Assembly: GCA_963778315.1 (NCBI GenBank)
Contig: CAVZTZ010000003.1
Coordinates: 252,497-316,496 of the forward strand
Direction of reading: 5' to 3'
From: an uncultured Conexibacteraceae bacterium
GTDB taxonomy: Bacteria > Actinomycetota > Thermoleophilia > Solirubrobacterales > Solirubrobacteraceae
DNA: 64,000 nt
In this document: piece by piece, positions 1-8,715 of the stretch
How positions within the stretch are numbered: position 1 is the stretch's first letter
How the letters are laid out: every line of letters begins with the position of its first letter
The notes under the pieces: model-generated
Told to the model about the DNA's origin: nothing
The model's database searches: none
The model's input: the letters and a program-made list of their open reading frames with translations, nothing else
Program-made: the position numbers and the translations under genes

Positions 1-896
1 CGACGTGGATCGGCGGCCCGATGCGCGACCTGCTCGACAAACACCTCGGCTCTGACTGGCTCTGGCGTGCAGGCGACGTGAGCACCTGGGAGCCGGTCGA
101 TGGCATCTCCGATGCCGAGCTGTGGGATGCGCGGCACCGTCAACGGGCCGAGCTGATCGAGTGGGTTCGCGTCCGCAGCACCCGCGACCGGCTCGAGCGA
201 ACCGACACCCCTGGCTACGTCACCTCCGCGGCCCAGGCGCTGCGAGATGACGTGCTGACGATCGGCTTCGCCCGGCGCGTGGCGACCTACAAGCGGCTCG
301 ATCTGCTGATTCGCGACCGTGAGTTCGCCCGGGCGCTGCTCTCCGACGGTCGGCCCGTGCAGTTGCTGCTTGCCGGCAAGGCGCACCCGCGTGACGAGGA
401 GGCCAAGCGGGTACTGCAGCGCCTGTTCGACCTGAAGTCCGAGCGGGAGGTCGGTCAGCGAGTCGTGTTCCTCGACGACTATGACCTCGCCACCGGCGCG
501 GCCCTCGTCCGCGGTTGCGACGTCTGGCTGAACATGCCCCGGCCTCCGCTTGAGGCGAGCGGCACCAGCGGGATGAAGTCCGCAGTCAACGGTGGCCTAC
601 AGCTGAGCGTGCTCGACGGCTGGTGGGCGGAGGGCTACGCCCCGGGACTCGGCTGGGCGATCCCCGGCGACATCGACGGCGACACGGAGGCTCAGGATCA
701 GCGTGACGCCGCGACCCTGCATCGGCTCCTCTCCGAGGAGGTGATCCCGACGTTCTACGAGCGCGACGCCACCGGGATTCCCGCGCGCTGGCTCGGGCTC
801 GTCCGCGCCTCCCTGAAGGCTCTGGCCCCGCAGTTCAGCGCCACGCGGATGGTTCGAGACTACGTGTCCGGGCCGTATCAGTCCTCGGGTTACTAG
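1..896 (+). CDS. glgP: alpha-glucan (glycogen/maltodextrin) phosphorylase, GT35 family, C-terminal part; 5' end lies outside the window
   Basis: The translation carries the phosphorylase hallmarks LLLAGKAHPRD, DVWLNMPRPPLEASGTSGMK (pyridoxal-phosphate Lys motif) and NGGLQLSVLDGWWAE. The frame is open from the window edge, and the listed ORF merely begins at an internal Met at 21. Confidence 0.85.
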   Translation, partial: TWIGGPMRDLLDKHLGSDWLWRAGDVSTWEPVDGISDAELWDARHRQRAELIEWVRVRSTRDRLERTDTPGYVTSAAQALRDDVLTIGFARRVATYKRLDLLIRDREFARALLSDGRPVQLLLAGKAHPRDEEAKRVLQRLFDLKSEREVGQRVVFLDDYDLATGAALVRGCDVWLNMPRPPLEASGTSGMKSAVNGGLQLSVLDGWWAEGYAPGLGWAIPGDIDGDTEAQDQRDAATLHRLLSEEVIPTFYERDATGIPARWLGLVRASLKALAPQFSATRMVRDYVSGPYQSSGY

Positions 897-1029
897 ACCC
901 CGGCGACCGCCAGCTGAGACCGGTCCCGGTCCGAAATCTGTGACCACTTGCACAGACTGCCATCGCGCAGTATCGGGCAGGGTCAATACGTAGCTATTTC
1001 TGACCTTCCACATGAGGAGCGGTGCATTC

Positions 1030-1485
1030 ATGGCCGAACAGACTCGTACCCAACGGCAGGCCGCCGGCAAGAAGGCAGCCGCCACCCGCAAGCGCAGCGC
1101 TGCAGCGCGGAGCGCAACCGCCACCAAGCGTGACGCGAAGAAGACCACCACCGAGGCCGGCAACGTCGTCACCCGCTCGATCGATGCGGCTGGCGCCACC
1201 GTCGAGGCTGCGGCGCGCCAGGCCGAGCGGCTCGTCAACATCCAGGTTGGCGCGACGCTGACCGCGCGTGATGGAGTGGTTGATCTCCTGAACACCTACA
1301 CCGATGCCCGCAAGCGCGGCACCCGGCTGAAGAAGTTCGAGCGTCGCGGCGAGACCGCGCTGCGTCGTGGGCGTACCCAGACCGAGCGTCAGGTGCGTAC
1401 CGCGCGCCGGGACCTTCAGCATGAGCTGACCGACCTGCGGTCAAGCGCCGAGGACCTGGTCTCCCGGACCAACGGCTCGCACTGA
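1030..1485 (+). CDS. small basic protein with an Ala/Lys/Arg/Thr-rich N-terminus and a charged coiled-coil C-terminus (HbhA/histone-like flavour); paralog of 12232..12756
   Basis: ATG 1030 lies 10 nt after GAGGAG (1014-1019), while the ATG at 1012 overlaps that SD. The gene shares VGATL-x2-RD, K-x-(F/Y)E-(R/K)RG and RQVR blocks with the 12232..12756 product. Function is inferred only from composition. Confidence 0.6.
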   Translation: MAEQTRTQRQAAGKKAAATRKRSAAARSATATKRDAKKTTTEAGNVVTRSIDAAGATVEAAARQAERLVNIQVGATLTARDGVVDLLNTYTDARKRGTRLKKFERRGETALRRGRTQTERQVRTARRDLQHELTDLRSSAEDLVSRTNGSH

Positions 1486-1502
1486 TCGGAGCTCGCGGGC
1501 GT

Positions 1503-2600
1503 TTATTCGACGTCCGCGAGCCCCCGTGGGCCGGCGCCCACGTAGCGGGCGGTCGGCCGGATCAGCCGAGACTCGCGCTTCTGCTCGAGGATGTGCGCCG
1601 ACCAGCCGGCCACCCGGGCGCAGGTGAACATCGAGGTGAACAGCTCCGGTGGCACCTGCGCGAAGTCGAGCACGACGGCGGCCCAGAATTCGACGTTGGT
1701 CGCCAGCACGCGATCGGGTCGCCGCGCCTTGAGCTCGGCGAGCGCAGCCGCCTCCAGCGCCTCGGCGATCTCGACCGTCGGGGCGTCGAGTTCCTTGGCG
1801 GTCCGGCGCAGCACCCGCGCCCGCGGGTCCTCGGCGCGGTAGACGCGGTGGCCGAAACCCATCAGTCGCTCCCGACGGTCGAGGGCGCCTTTCACGTATG
1901 TGGAGGCGTCCCCGATCCGCTCGACCTCGTGCAGCATCTGCAGCACCCGGGCGGGGGCGCCGCCGTGCAGGGGTCCCGACAGGGCGCCGACGGCCCCCGA
2001 TAGGGCGGCCGCGACGTCGGCGCCGGTCGAGGCGATCACGCGCGCCGTGAACGTCGAGGAGTTCATTCCGTGCTCGGCCGCGGAGATCCAGTACGCGTCG
2101 ATCGCCTTGACGTGCTTCGGGTCGGCCTCGCCGCGCCAGCGCAACAGGAATCGCTCGGGGATCGAACGGGCATCGTCGATCGTTCGCTGCGGGACCGGCG
2201 GCTTGCCAATCCCGCGCGCCGACTGCGCGACGAACGACAGCGCCATCACCGATGCACGCGCGAGATCGTCTCGCGCCTGCTGATCGGTGATGTCGAGCAG
2301 TTGCCCGAAGCCCCACTGTGGGGCGAGCATCGCCAGCGCCGACTGCACGTCGACGCGAGGATCGCCGGAGTGCACACTGAGCGGGTGCGGTTCGGCCGGA
2401 GGCAGGCCCGGCAGCAATGTCCCGTCCACGAGCAGGCCCCAGACCTGCTCGTAGGGGACGCGGCCGACGAGTTCCTCGATGTCGAGGCCGCGGTAGCGCA
2501 GGACGCTGCCGTCGCGGTCTGGCTCGGCGATCTCGGAGGCGAACGCAACAACGCCCTCGAGACCGGACTGAACCTCGTCGTAGACGCTCATCGCCGTCAC
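1503..2600 (-). CDS. citrate synthase (short form, about 365 aa)
   Basis: Contains the citrate synthase signature MGFGHRVYRAEDPRA, the LRYRGLDIEEL N-terminal region and HGGAP. An alternative ATG start lies at 2591. Confidence 0.9.
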   Translation of the reverse strand: MTAMSVYDEVQSGLEGVVAFASEIAEPDRDGSVLRYRGLDIEELVGRVPYEQVWGLLVDGTLLPGLPPAEPHPLSVHSGDPRVDVQSALAMLAPQWGFGQLLDITDQQARDDLARASVMALSFVAQSARGIGKPPVPQRTIDDARSIPERFLLRWRGEADPKHVKAIDAYWISAAEHGMNSSTFTARVIASTGADVAAALSGAVGALSGPLHGGAPARVLQMLHEVERIGDASTYVKGALDRRERLMGFGHRVYRAEDPRARVLRRTAKELDAPTVEIAEALEAAALAELKARRPDRVLATNVEFWAAVVLDFAQVPPELFTSMFTCARVAGWSAHILEQKRESRLIRPTARYVGAGPRGLADVE

Positions 2601-2613
2601 AGGCTACGCTCGA

Positions 2614-4041
2614 GTGGCCGTGGACGACGCTCTGCTGCACTCATCTGCGCTTGAGCTGGCCGCCATGGTGCGGTCGGGCGCGGTGTCGGCGCGGGAATTG
2701 GTGCAGTCGAGCCTCGACGCGATCGAGGCGCTGGAGCCGCGCATCAACGCCTTCACGCACGTTGCCGCCGATCGAGCGCTGGCGACGGCGGCCCAGATTG
2801 GACGTGACGATCCGCGGCCGTTCGCCGGAGTGCCGATCGCGATCAAGGACAACCGCGCGGTCGCGGGGATGCCGCTGACGCTGTGCTCCGATCTGCTTGG
2901 GGACTACGTGCCCGATCACGACGCCTACCTCGTCAGGCGGCTGCGCAGCGCCGGGTTCGTGATCGTCGGCAAGACCGCGATGCCGGAGAACGGGATCCTG
3001 CCGACGTGCGAGTCCCGTCGCAACGGCCCGACGGCCAACCCGTGGGATCTGAGCCGGACGCCGGGCGGCTCGAGCGGTGGCTCGGCGGCGGCGGTCGCGG
3101 CCGGGATGGTGCCGATCGCGCACGGCAACGACGGCGGCGGCTCGACCCGGATCCCGGCGGCGTGCTGTGGGCTCGTCGGACTGAAACCGGCGCGCGATCG
3201 AATCTCGACCGGTCCCGACGCCGGCCAGAGCTTCCTCGTCTGTGACGGTGTGCTGACCCGTACGGTCGCCGAGACGGCGGCGGTGCTTGACGTGCTCGCC
3301 GGCTACGAGCCGGGCGACGCCAGCTGTGCGCCGCCGCCGCCGCAGCCATTCGCGGATGCGGCCCGGCTGATACCGGACCCCTTGCGGATCGGGCTGACGC
3401 TGGCGCCGGCGCTTGACTCGGCCTCGCTTGATCCGATCTGCGAGCGGGCCACGCTCGACGCCGCGGCGCTGCTCGAGCAGCTCGGTCACCACGTTGAAGA
3501 CGTGACGCCACCGTGGGCGAGTGCGGGGTTGCTCGAGGACTTCTCGCGGGCGTTCGGGCCGCTGACAGCGATGGGCACGATCGCCGGCGGTCAGATCGCC
3601 GGCCGGGCACCGACGGAGGCCGACGTCGAGCCGCTGACGTGGGGGATGTACGAGCGCGCGATGCAGCAGAACACTCCGGCGTATCTCGCGGCGCAGAATC
3701 GGATCGAGCGGTTGGCGCGCGAGATCGTGGCCTACCTGCAGCCGTACGACGCCGTGCTGACGCCCGCACTCGCCCAACGGCCGGTTCCGACCGGGACGAT
3801 CCATGGACGTGGACCCGATCCATGGGGCAACTACCGCCGTTCGGGCGCCTTCACCCCCTACACCGCGATCATCAACGTCACCGGCCAGCCGGCGATCGCG
3901 CTGCCGCTGTTCCACGGGGACGACGGGCTTCCGGCCGCCGTCCAGCTGATCGGCCGGCCGTGGCGTGAGGACGTGCTGCTGTCACTGGCGGCGCAGCTCG
4001 AGGCCGCGAGTCCCTGGGCTGACCGCCGCCCGGCGCTGTAG
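2614..4041 (+). CDS. amidase-signature (AS) family amidase
   Basis: Contains the AS motif GGSSGGSAAAVAAGMVPIAHGNDGGGSTRIPAACCGLVGLKP. GTG start at 2614; the length of 475 aa is typical for the family. Confidence 0.9.
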   Translation: MAVDDALLHSSALELAAMVRSGAVSARELVQSSLDAIEALEPRINAFTHVAADRALATAAQIGRDDPRPFAGVPIAIKDNRAVAGMPLTLCSDLLGDYVPDHDAYLVRRLRSAGFVIVGKTAMPENGILPTCESRRNGPTANPWDLSRTPGGSSGGSAAAVAAGMVPIAHGNDGGGSTRIPAACCGLVGLKPARDRISTGPDAGQSFLVCDGVLTRTVAETAAVLDVLAGYEPGDASCAPPPPQPFADAARLIPDPLRIGLTLAPALDSASLDPICERATLDAAALLEQLGHHVEDVTPPWASAGLLEDFSRAFGPLTAMGTIAGGQIAGRAPTEADVEPLTWGMYERAMQQNTPAYLAAQNRIERLAREIVAYLQPYDAVLTPALAQRPVPTGTIHGRGPDPWGNYRRSGAFTPYTAIINVTGQPAIALPLFHGDDGLPAAVQLIGRPWREDVLLSLAAQLEAASPWADRRPAL

Positions 4042-4094
4042 CCAGGGGGAAGCGGGCATGTCGGGTGTCCCCGTAGGGACACCCCAATAACGAG

Positions 4095-4967
4095 CTACGA
4101 CAGTCCGAGGACGTCGGAGATCGACCGCGGCTGCACCCCGAGCGACTCCGCGTCAGCCGTGCCGCCGTCGGCGAGCGTTGGGATCGTCAGCAGCTCGGCC
4201 TCGTCCCAGGTCGCGAGCGCGGCCGGCCCGAGCAGCAGCTCGGTGGTGTCGAGCAGCCGCCGGGTGAGACGCTCGGGCAGTGGCAGCAGCGGCCGCTCCC
4301 GCCCGGCGCTGCGCAGCGCCAGCTCGATCACCCGGCGCTGGGTCAGCGTCTCCGGCCCGGCGAGCTCAAGCCGCCCGGTCGTCTCCCGCTGTAGTGCTGC
4401 CAGCACGCAGTCGGCGACGTCGTCTGCCCAGATTGGTTGGGTGGGCGCGCCCCCGCGCCCGGGGATCGGGACGATCGGGAGCAGCGCCATCCGCCGCAGC
4501 AGCCTGAAGTAGGGATCGTCGGGGGCGTAGACGAGCGAGGGAGCAAAGATCGTGTGCTGCAGCGAGGACTCGACCACGGCGCGTTCGGCCACGGCCTTGG
4601 CGCGTAGTAACCGGGAGCGGCTGCGGGTCGATGCCCCGAGCGCCGAGAAGAAGTAGAACCGCTTGACGCCGGCCCGCTCGGCTGCTCGCACCAACCGCCA
4701 GGTCGCGACACCGGCCAGCTCCTCGATCGAGCCACCGGGCTGGTCGCGGATCACCGACGCAAGGTGGACGACCGTATCGACGCCACGCAGCGCGTGGCGG
4801 AAGCTGAGATGGTCCTCCAAGGTGCCGAGCGCGATCTGCACCCTGACTCGGTCAGGTCCGAGGCGGCGGGGGTCACGCACAAGGCAGCGCACCGGGACGC
4901 CGGCGTCCGTCAGTCGGCGTAGCAGCGGTGCGCCAATCGTCCCCGTCGCTCCGGTCAGCAGCAGCAC
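4095..4967 (-). CDS. NAD(P)H-binding SDR/NmrA-like (NDUFA9-like) oxidoreductase
   Basis: Rossmann motif VLLLTGATGTIGAPLLRRL at the N-terminus. I prefer the GTG at 4967, which places the motif at the N-terminus. The longest ORF (to 5060) would overlap the divergent ferredoxin start. Confidence 0.7.
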   Translation of the reverse strand: MLLLTGATGTIGAPLLRRLTDAGVPVRCLVRDPRRLGPDRVRVQIALGTLEDHLSFRHALRGVDTVVHLASVIRDQPGGSIEELAGVATWRLVRAAERAGVKRFYFFSALGASTRSRSRLLRAKAVAERAVVESSLQHTIFAPSLVYAPDDPYFRLLRRMALLPIVPIPGRGGAPTQPIWADDVADCVLAALQRETTGRLELAGPETLTQRRVIELALRSAGRERPLLPLPERLTRRLLDTTELLLGPAALATWDEAELLTIPTLADGGTADAESLGVQPRSISDVLGLS

Positions 4968-5053
4968 TGGACGGAGCCTACCCGTCGGGAATCTGGCGCT
5001 GTCCCTAGAATCCCCGGTCCACTTAGTAGCCAACGAGACAGGATCGAAGACAC

Positions 5054-5314
5054 ATGGCATACGTCATCGCCGAGCCATGCATCGGCACGAAGGACAACTC
5101 CTGCGTGGAGGTGTGCCCCGTCGACTGCATTCACCCGACGCCCGACGAGCCCGATTACGACAAGGTCGAGCAGCTGTACATCGATGCAGAGGAATGCATC
5201 GACTGCGACGCCTGTGTCGAAGCCTGCCCTGTCGACGCGTGCTTTGCCGAGGATCAGTTGCCTGACGAGTGGCAGAAGTACGCCGTGGTCAACGCGGAAT
5301 ACTTCCGCAAGTAG
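5054..5314 (+). CDS. fdxA: 7Fe ferredoxin ([3Fe-4S] + [4Fe-4S])
   Basis: Cys patterns C-x7-C-x3-CP (CIGTKDNSCVEVCP) and CxxCxxCxxxCP (CIDCDACVEACP). The N-terminus MAYVIAEPC is typical of FdxA-type ferredoxins. Confidence 0.85.
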   Translation: MAYVIAEPCIGTKDNSCVEVCPVDCIHPTPDEPDYDKVEQLYIDAEECIDCDACVEACPVDACFAEDQLPDEWQKYAVVNAEYFRK

Positions 5315-5466
5315 CCCGCCGGGCCGACTTACCAGAAAACGCTAAATCGCGTAGACCGTCGCGCTCCTGTGCGCCGCGCGTCTACACTTGCGGAGTTCTT
5401 GCGTGGCGCCGTGGCTGGGTGCGTCACCTCAGCAAGCTGATCGATCGGATTCGAGAGAGGATTGCC

Positions 5467-7443
5467 ATGAGGCGGATCGCCATAGTTCTCAGCGCGGCTG
5501 CGGCCGTAGCGCTTGGCGCAGCCATTCCGGCCATGACGCTTGGCGTCAGCGGCTCGGCACTGGCCGCGACGACCACCACCGCGTCGACCACCACGACGAC
5601 GTCGACAACCCCGACGGCAGCGACCGGGACGGCGACCAACGTCACCGCGACGACCGCGACGGTGAGCGGCACCGTCAACGCCGCCGGACAAACGCTCAAC
5701 CCATTGACCACGGGCTCCGGCTGCTACTTCGCGTACGGGACCTCGACAGGCTCGCTGACGTCGGAAACCGCATGCACGCCGAGTGGATCGACGATTACCG
5801 GGACCTCGACAAACACCTCGGTCACCGGCGCGCTGAGCGGCCTGACCGCTGGTACGCAGTACTTCTACAACGCCACGATCGCGTATCTCGGTGTTCTGAT
5901 CATCCTTCCGATCGAGCCCGAGACCGCGGCAGGGACCCCGGAGTCGTTCACGACGGCACCAGTCGCGGGCAGCCCAGGGGCAGAGACGCTGCCGGCGTCC
6001 AACGTGACCGCCACGACCGCACAGCTCAACGGGGTCGCAAACGCCAACGGCACGACGCTGACGTCCTGCACGTTCAAGTACGGCACCAGCGCCACGTCGC
6101 TGACCTCGACCGCGAACTGCTCGCCGGCCCCGAGCGGGACCGGTGACACCAACGTCTCGGCCAACGTCACCGGGCTGACGACCGGCACGACGTACTACTT
6201 CGAGCTGACCGACGCCAACGCGACCGAGACCGGCACCGGGGGTGTCTACTCATTCGAGGCGACCGCGGGTCCGACCGTGACGAATCCGGCGGCCACGGCG
6301 ATCGGGAACACCACCGCGACTGTCGGTGCGACGGTCGACGCCGACGGGCAGAAGGTGACATGCACGGTCAACTACGGCACCAGCACGAGCTACGGCTCGA
6401 GTGCTCCCTGCTCTCCGACCCCCAGCGGCACCAGCGCGGCGGTGACATCGGCGGCGCTCACCAAGCTCACGCCCGGCACTGAGTACCACTACCAGGTGGT
6501 CGTCAACAACGGCACGACGAACTACTCCAGCAGCGATGCGACGTTCACGACACTGGTCGTGACGACGGGCACGACGGGTCTGATCTCGTCCTCGACGGCA
6601 ACGCTGGCGGGTTCCGTCAACCCCGAGGGGCAGACCGTGACCGGCTGCTACTTCATCTACGGGACCTCGGCGTCGACGCTCAAGGAGGCCAATTGCGCGC
6701 AGTCGCCCTCGTCGCTGACCGGAAGCTCGGCGGTCGAGGTGAGCGCGGGGCTCAGCGGCCTCACACCCAACACCGAGTACGGGGACACGCTCGTGATTAC
6801 CACCTCGGGTGGAGGCTCGGCGGTCGGCACCGCCGTTGATTTCAAGACCCTCGCGACGCCGCTGGCGACGACCGTCAAGGAGACGGCGCTGACATCGACC
6901 ACAGCGACGCTGCATGGCACCGTCAACGCTGAGGGCGGTGCGGTGATCGCGTGTGAGTTCGAGTACGGGGTGACCGCGTTCGGCTACGGCAGCACCGGCC
7001 TTGACGCAGCCTGCTCGCCGACGCCGGGCAGCACCGGAACGACAAACGTGTCGATCGCGCTGAAGGGCCTGGCGCCCGGGACGACGTACTTCTACCGGGT
7101 GCTGTTCGCGACAGACGGCGGCGACGCGGTCGGCTCGACGCTCTCGTTCAAGACCCCGGCGACGAAGGTCAAGAAGCCGGGTGTCAGGATCACGAAGTCG
7201 ACGATCAGCAAGCACGCTCGATCCGCCAAGTTCGCATGGAAGCGGACCGGCTCCTACGCGGCGACAAAGGCTCAGTGCTCGCTGGCCAGCGTCAAGCACG
7301 GGAAGGTCCAGAAGCACAGCTTCAAGAGCTGCAAGTCACCGAAGACCTACAAGCATCTGGCCGCCAAGACCTACGTGTTCTACGTGCGACTCGGCAACTC
7401 GGCCGGCTGGGGCTCGGCGAAGTCCCACAGGTTCACGATCTGA
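5467..7443 (+). CDS. secreted repeat protein: signal peptide, Thr-rich linker, five FN3-like repeats, and a basic Cys-containing C-terminal domain
   Basis: ATG 5467 is preceded by GAGAGAGG. The N-terminus MRRIAIVLSAAAAVALGAAIPAMTLGVSGSALA is signal-like. The upstream part of the listed ORF (from 5269) has no protein-like character. Confidence 0.8.
   Translation: MRRIAIVLSAAAAVALGAAIPAMTLGVSGSALAATTTTASTTTTTSTTPTAATGTATNVTATTATVSGTVNAAGQTLNPLTTGSGCYFAYGTSTGSLTSETACTPSGSTITGTSTNTSVTGALSGLTAGTQYFYNATIAYLGVLIILPIEPETAAGTPESFTTAPVAGSPGAETLPASNVTATTAQLNGVANANGTTLTSCTFKYGTSATSLTSTANCSPAPSGTGDTNVSANVTGLTTGTTYYFELTDANATETGTGGVYSFEATAGPTVTNPAATAIGNTTATVGATVDADGQKVTCTVNYGTSTSYGSSAPCSPTPSGTSAAVTSAALTKLTPGTEYHYQVVVNNGTTNYSSSDATFTTLVVTTGTTGLISSSTATLAGSVNPEGQTVTGCYFIYGTSASTLKEANCAQSPSSLTGSSAVEVSAGLSGLTPNTEYGDTLVITTSGGGSAVGTAVDFKTLATPLATTVKETALTSTTATLHGTVNAEGGAVIACEFEYGVTAFGYGSTGLDAACSPTPGSTGTTNVSIALKGLAPGTTYFYRVLFATDGGDAVGSTLSFKTPATKVKKPGVRITKSTISKHARSAKFAWKRTGSYAATKAQCSLASVKHGKVQKHSFKSCKSPKTYKHLAAKTYVFYVRLGNSAGWGSAKSHRFTI
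5623..7154 (+). repeat. five tandem repeats of about 102 aa (about 306 nt), FN3-like, inside CDS 5467..7443
   Basis: The recurring pattern is T-A-x-(L/V)-x-G-x-V-N-x-x-G-x-x-(V/L)-x-x-C-x-F-x-YG-T-S ... C-(S/T)-P ... L-x-G-L-x-P-G-T-x-Y-x-Y. Boundaries are approximate. Confidence 0.6.
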
Positions 7444-7454
7444 GATCGTGCGGA

Positions 7455-7486
7455 GGGCCGCTCCCGGGAGACGGGGGCGGCCTTTC
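7455..7486 (+). terminator. intrinsic terminator-like GC hairpin after CDS 5467..7443
   Basis: GGGCCGCTCCC (7455-7465), a 7-nt loop GGGAGAC, then GGGGGCGGCC(T), giving a 10-11 bp stem with G-U wobbles, followed by TTT. It begins 12 nt after the TGA stop. Confidence 0.5.
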
Positions 7487-7593
7487 GTGCGTTGGGGGCA
7501 ATTCCGCCGCACGGCGTGCGGCGTGCGGCGTCGGTTAGGGTCAGCGCCGCTCAACCGCGGACTGCTCACCCCTGAGCGCCCCACGTCCTTCTG

Positions 7594-7800
7594 TTGATGC
7601 GGGTTGAGGCCGGCAACGGTGACCGAACCGCTGTCGGGTGTGCGCAGTCCGGCGATGCATTCGACGGTCGTCGTCTTGCCGGCGCGGTTGGGGCCGACGA
7701 TTCCGAAGATCTCGCCCGCCTCGATGCTCAGCGACACGTCGGCGACAGCGATGGTGTCTCCGTACCGTTTCCGCAGCGGGCTCACTTCGATGATTGGCAC
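7594..7800 (-). pseudogene. ABC transporter ATP-binding protein, N-terminal remnant of about 69 aa
   Basis: MPIIEVSPLRKRYGDTIAVADVSLSIEAGEIFGIVGPNRAGKTTTVECIAGLRTPDSGSVTVAG matches an ABC ATPase N-terminus, with a degenerate Walker A (GPNRAGKT rather than GPNGAGKT). Homology stops after about 69 aa in all frames. The rest of the ORF overlaps the 3' end of the neighbouring gene, and no Q-loop, signature motif or Walker B is present. Confidence 0.6.
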
Positions 7801-7940
7801 TACGTTCCCTTTGCTCGTCGTGGTCGTTCGGGTATGACCCAGATGCTTCCGCCACGGGCCTCGCCCGTCATCGGCTGGCAGGGTGAAGTTCGGGGCGGCG
7901 GGGATGAGCCGGCGGTCAACCGATCGGATGATCAGTCGGG

Positions 7941-8420
7941 ATGAAAGACTGTCCCGGTATGGGTGAGATCACGTTCACGACGGAGCTGCAGCCGCGCGGA
8001 AACGCCTCGGCCGTCGTGCTGACCGACGCGCAGATGGAGATCGTCGGCGAGGGCTCCAAGCGCCCGCCGGTACGCGCGACGATCAACGGCTTTTCGTGGC
8101 GCAGCCGGCTCGCTCGGATGAGCGGCGAGAACCTGCTCGGCCTGAGCCGCGCGATCCGGGAGGAATCAGGGGTCCAGATCGGCGATGTCGTCGAGGTGAC
8201 GGTGGCGCTTGACTCAGAACCGCGCGAGGTGGTCGTGCCAGAGGTGCTGGCCGCCGCACTCCTCGACGATCCCGTTGCAGGTGCTGCGTTTGAGGCGCTC
8301 GCCTACACGCACCGCAAGGAGTTCGCCCGGTGGATCGAGGAGGCCAAGAAGGATGAGACGCGTCAGCGTCGGGTGGTCCAGGCGCTCCAGATGCTGCGGG
8401 GAGGCAAGACGCGCAGCTAG
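7941..8420 (+). CDS. DUF1905 / YdeI-like family protein
   Basis: The N-terminal half (AVVLTDAQMEIVGEGSKRPPVRATINGFSWRSRLARMSG) resembles DUF1905. The C-terminus (FEALAYTHRKEFARWIEEAKKDETRQRRV) resembles the YdeI/OmpD-associated helical tail. An alternative ATG lies at 7959. Confidence 0.65.
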   Translation: MKDCPGMGEITFTTELQPRGNASAVVLTDAQMEIVGEGSKRPPVRATINGFSWRSRLARMSGENLLGLSRAIREESGVQIGDVVEVTVALDSEPREVVVPEVLAAALLDDPVAGAAFEALAYTHRKEFARWIEEAKKDETRQRRVVQALQMLRGGKTRS

Positions 8421-8715
8421 GTGCTGTCGGGCTCGGGTTCGATCCGGGGCGATCGGGCGTCGGGGTCGGGGCGTCGGGTCGGGAGCGCTGTGCGGTCTGT
8501 CTTTGCGACGAGTAACGGGTTGTGTGGCGGTCGGGATCGTTCCGGCCGTCCGTTCTGCGCCTTGAGGGTGCTCGAAACGGCAACTCAACGCCCGATTTGG
8601 AGCTTTGTCGTGGGGAGTGCCGTGAAGGCGCTCGAAACGCATGAGCGCCGATTTGGCTGGTGCTTGGACGTTTGGAGCATCCCCAGAGCTCGGGGATAGG
8701 CCCGGCCTCAGGCAG

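Noticed and set aside
1441-2640. 399-aa Arg-rich minus ORF overlapping citrate synthase. Similar overlapping ORFs are 2641..3915 (-), 6250..7317 (-), 15452..16651 (-), 19866..20933 (+) and 22943..24202 (+).
   Set aside because: These are alternative-frame or antisense readings of genes with strong homology-based calls, and their composition is Arg/Gly/Pro-dominated.
5269-5466. Upstream extension of the FN3-repeat protein ORF (start at 5269)
   Set aside because: It overlaps the ferredoxin 3' end and encodes no signal. ATG 5467 has a GAGAGAGG SD and yields a canonical signal peptide.
8433-8450. tRNA T-arm-like motif GGGTTCGATCCGG just after the DUF1905 gene
   Set aside because: The loop is one base short of the GGTTCGAATCC consensus. 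No complementary acceptor 5' strand, anticodon arm or D arm can be found in the roughly 75 nt upstream, which are coding. At most it is a tRNA 3'-end relic.
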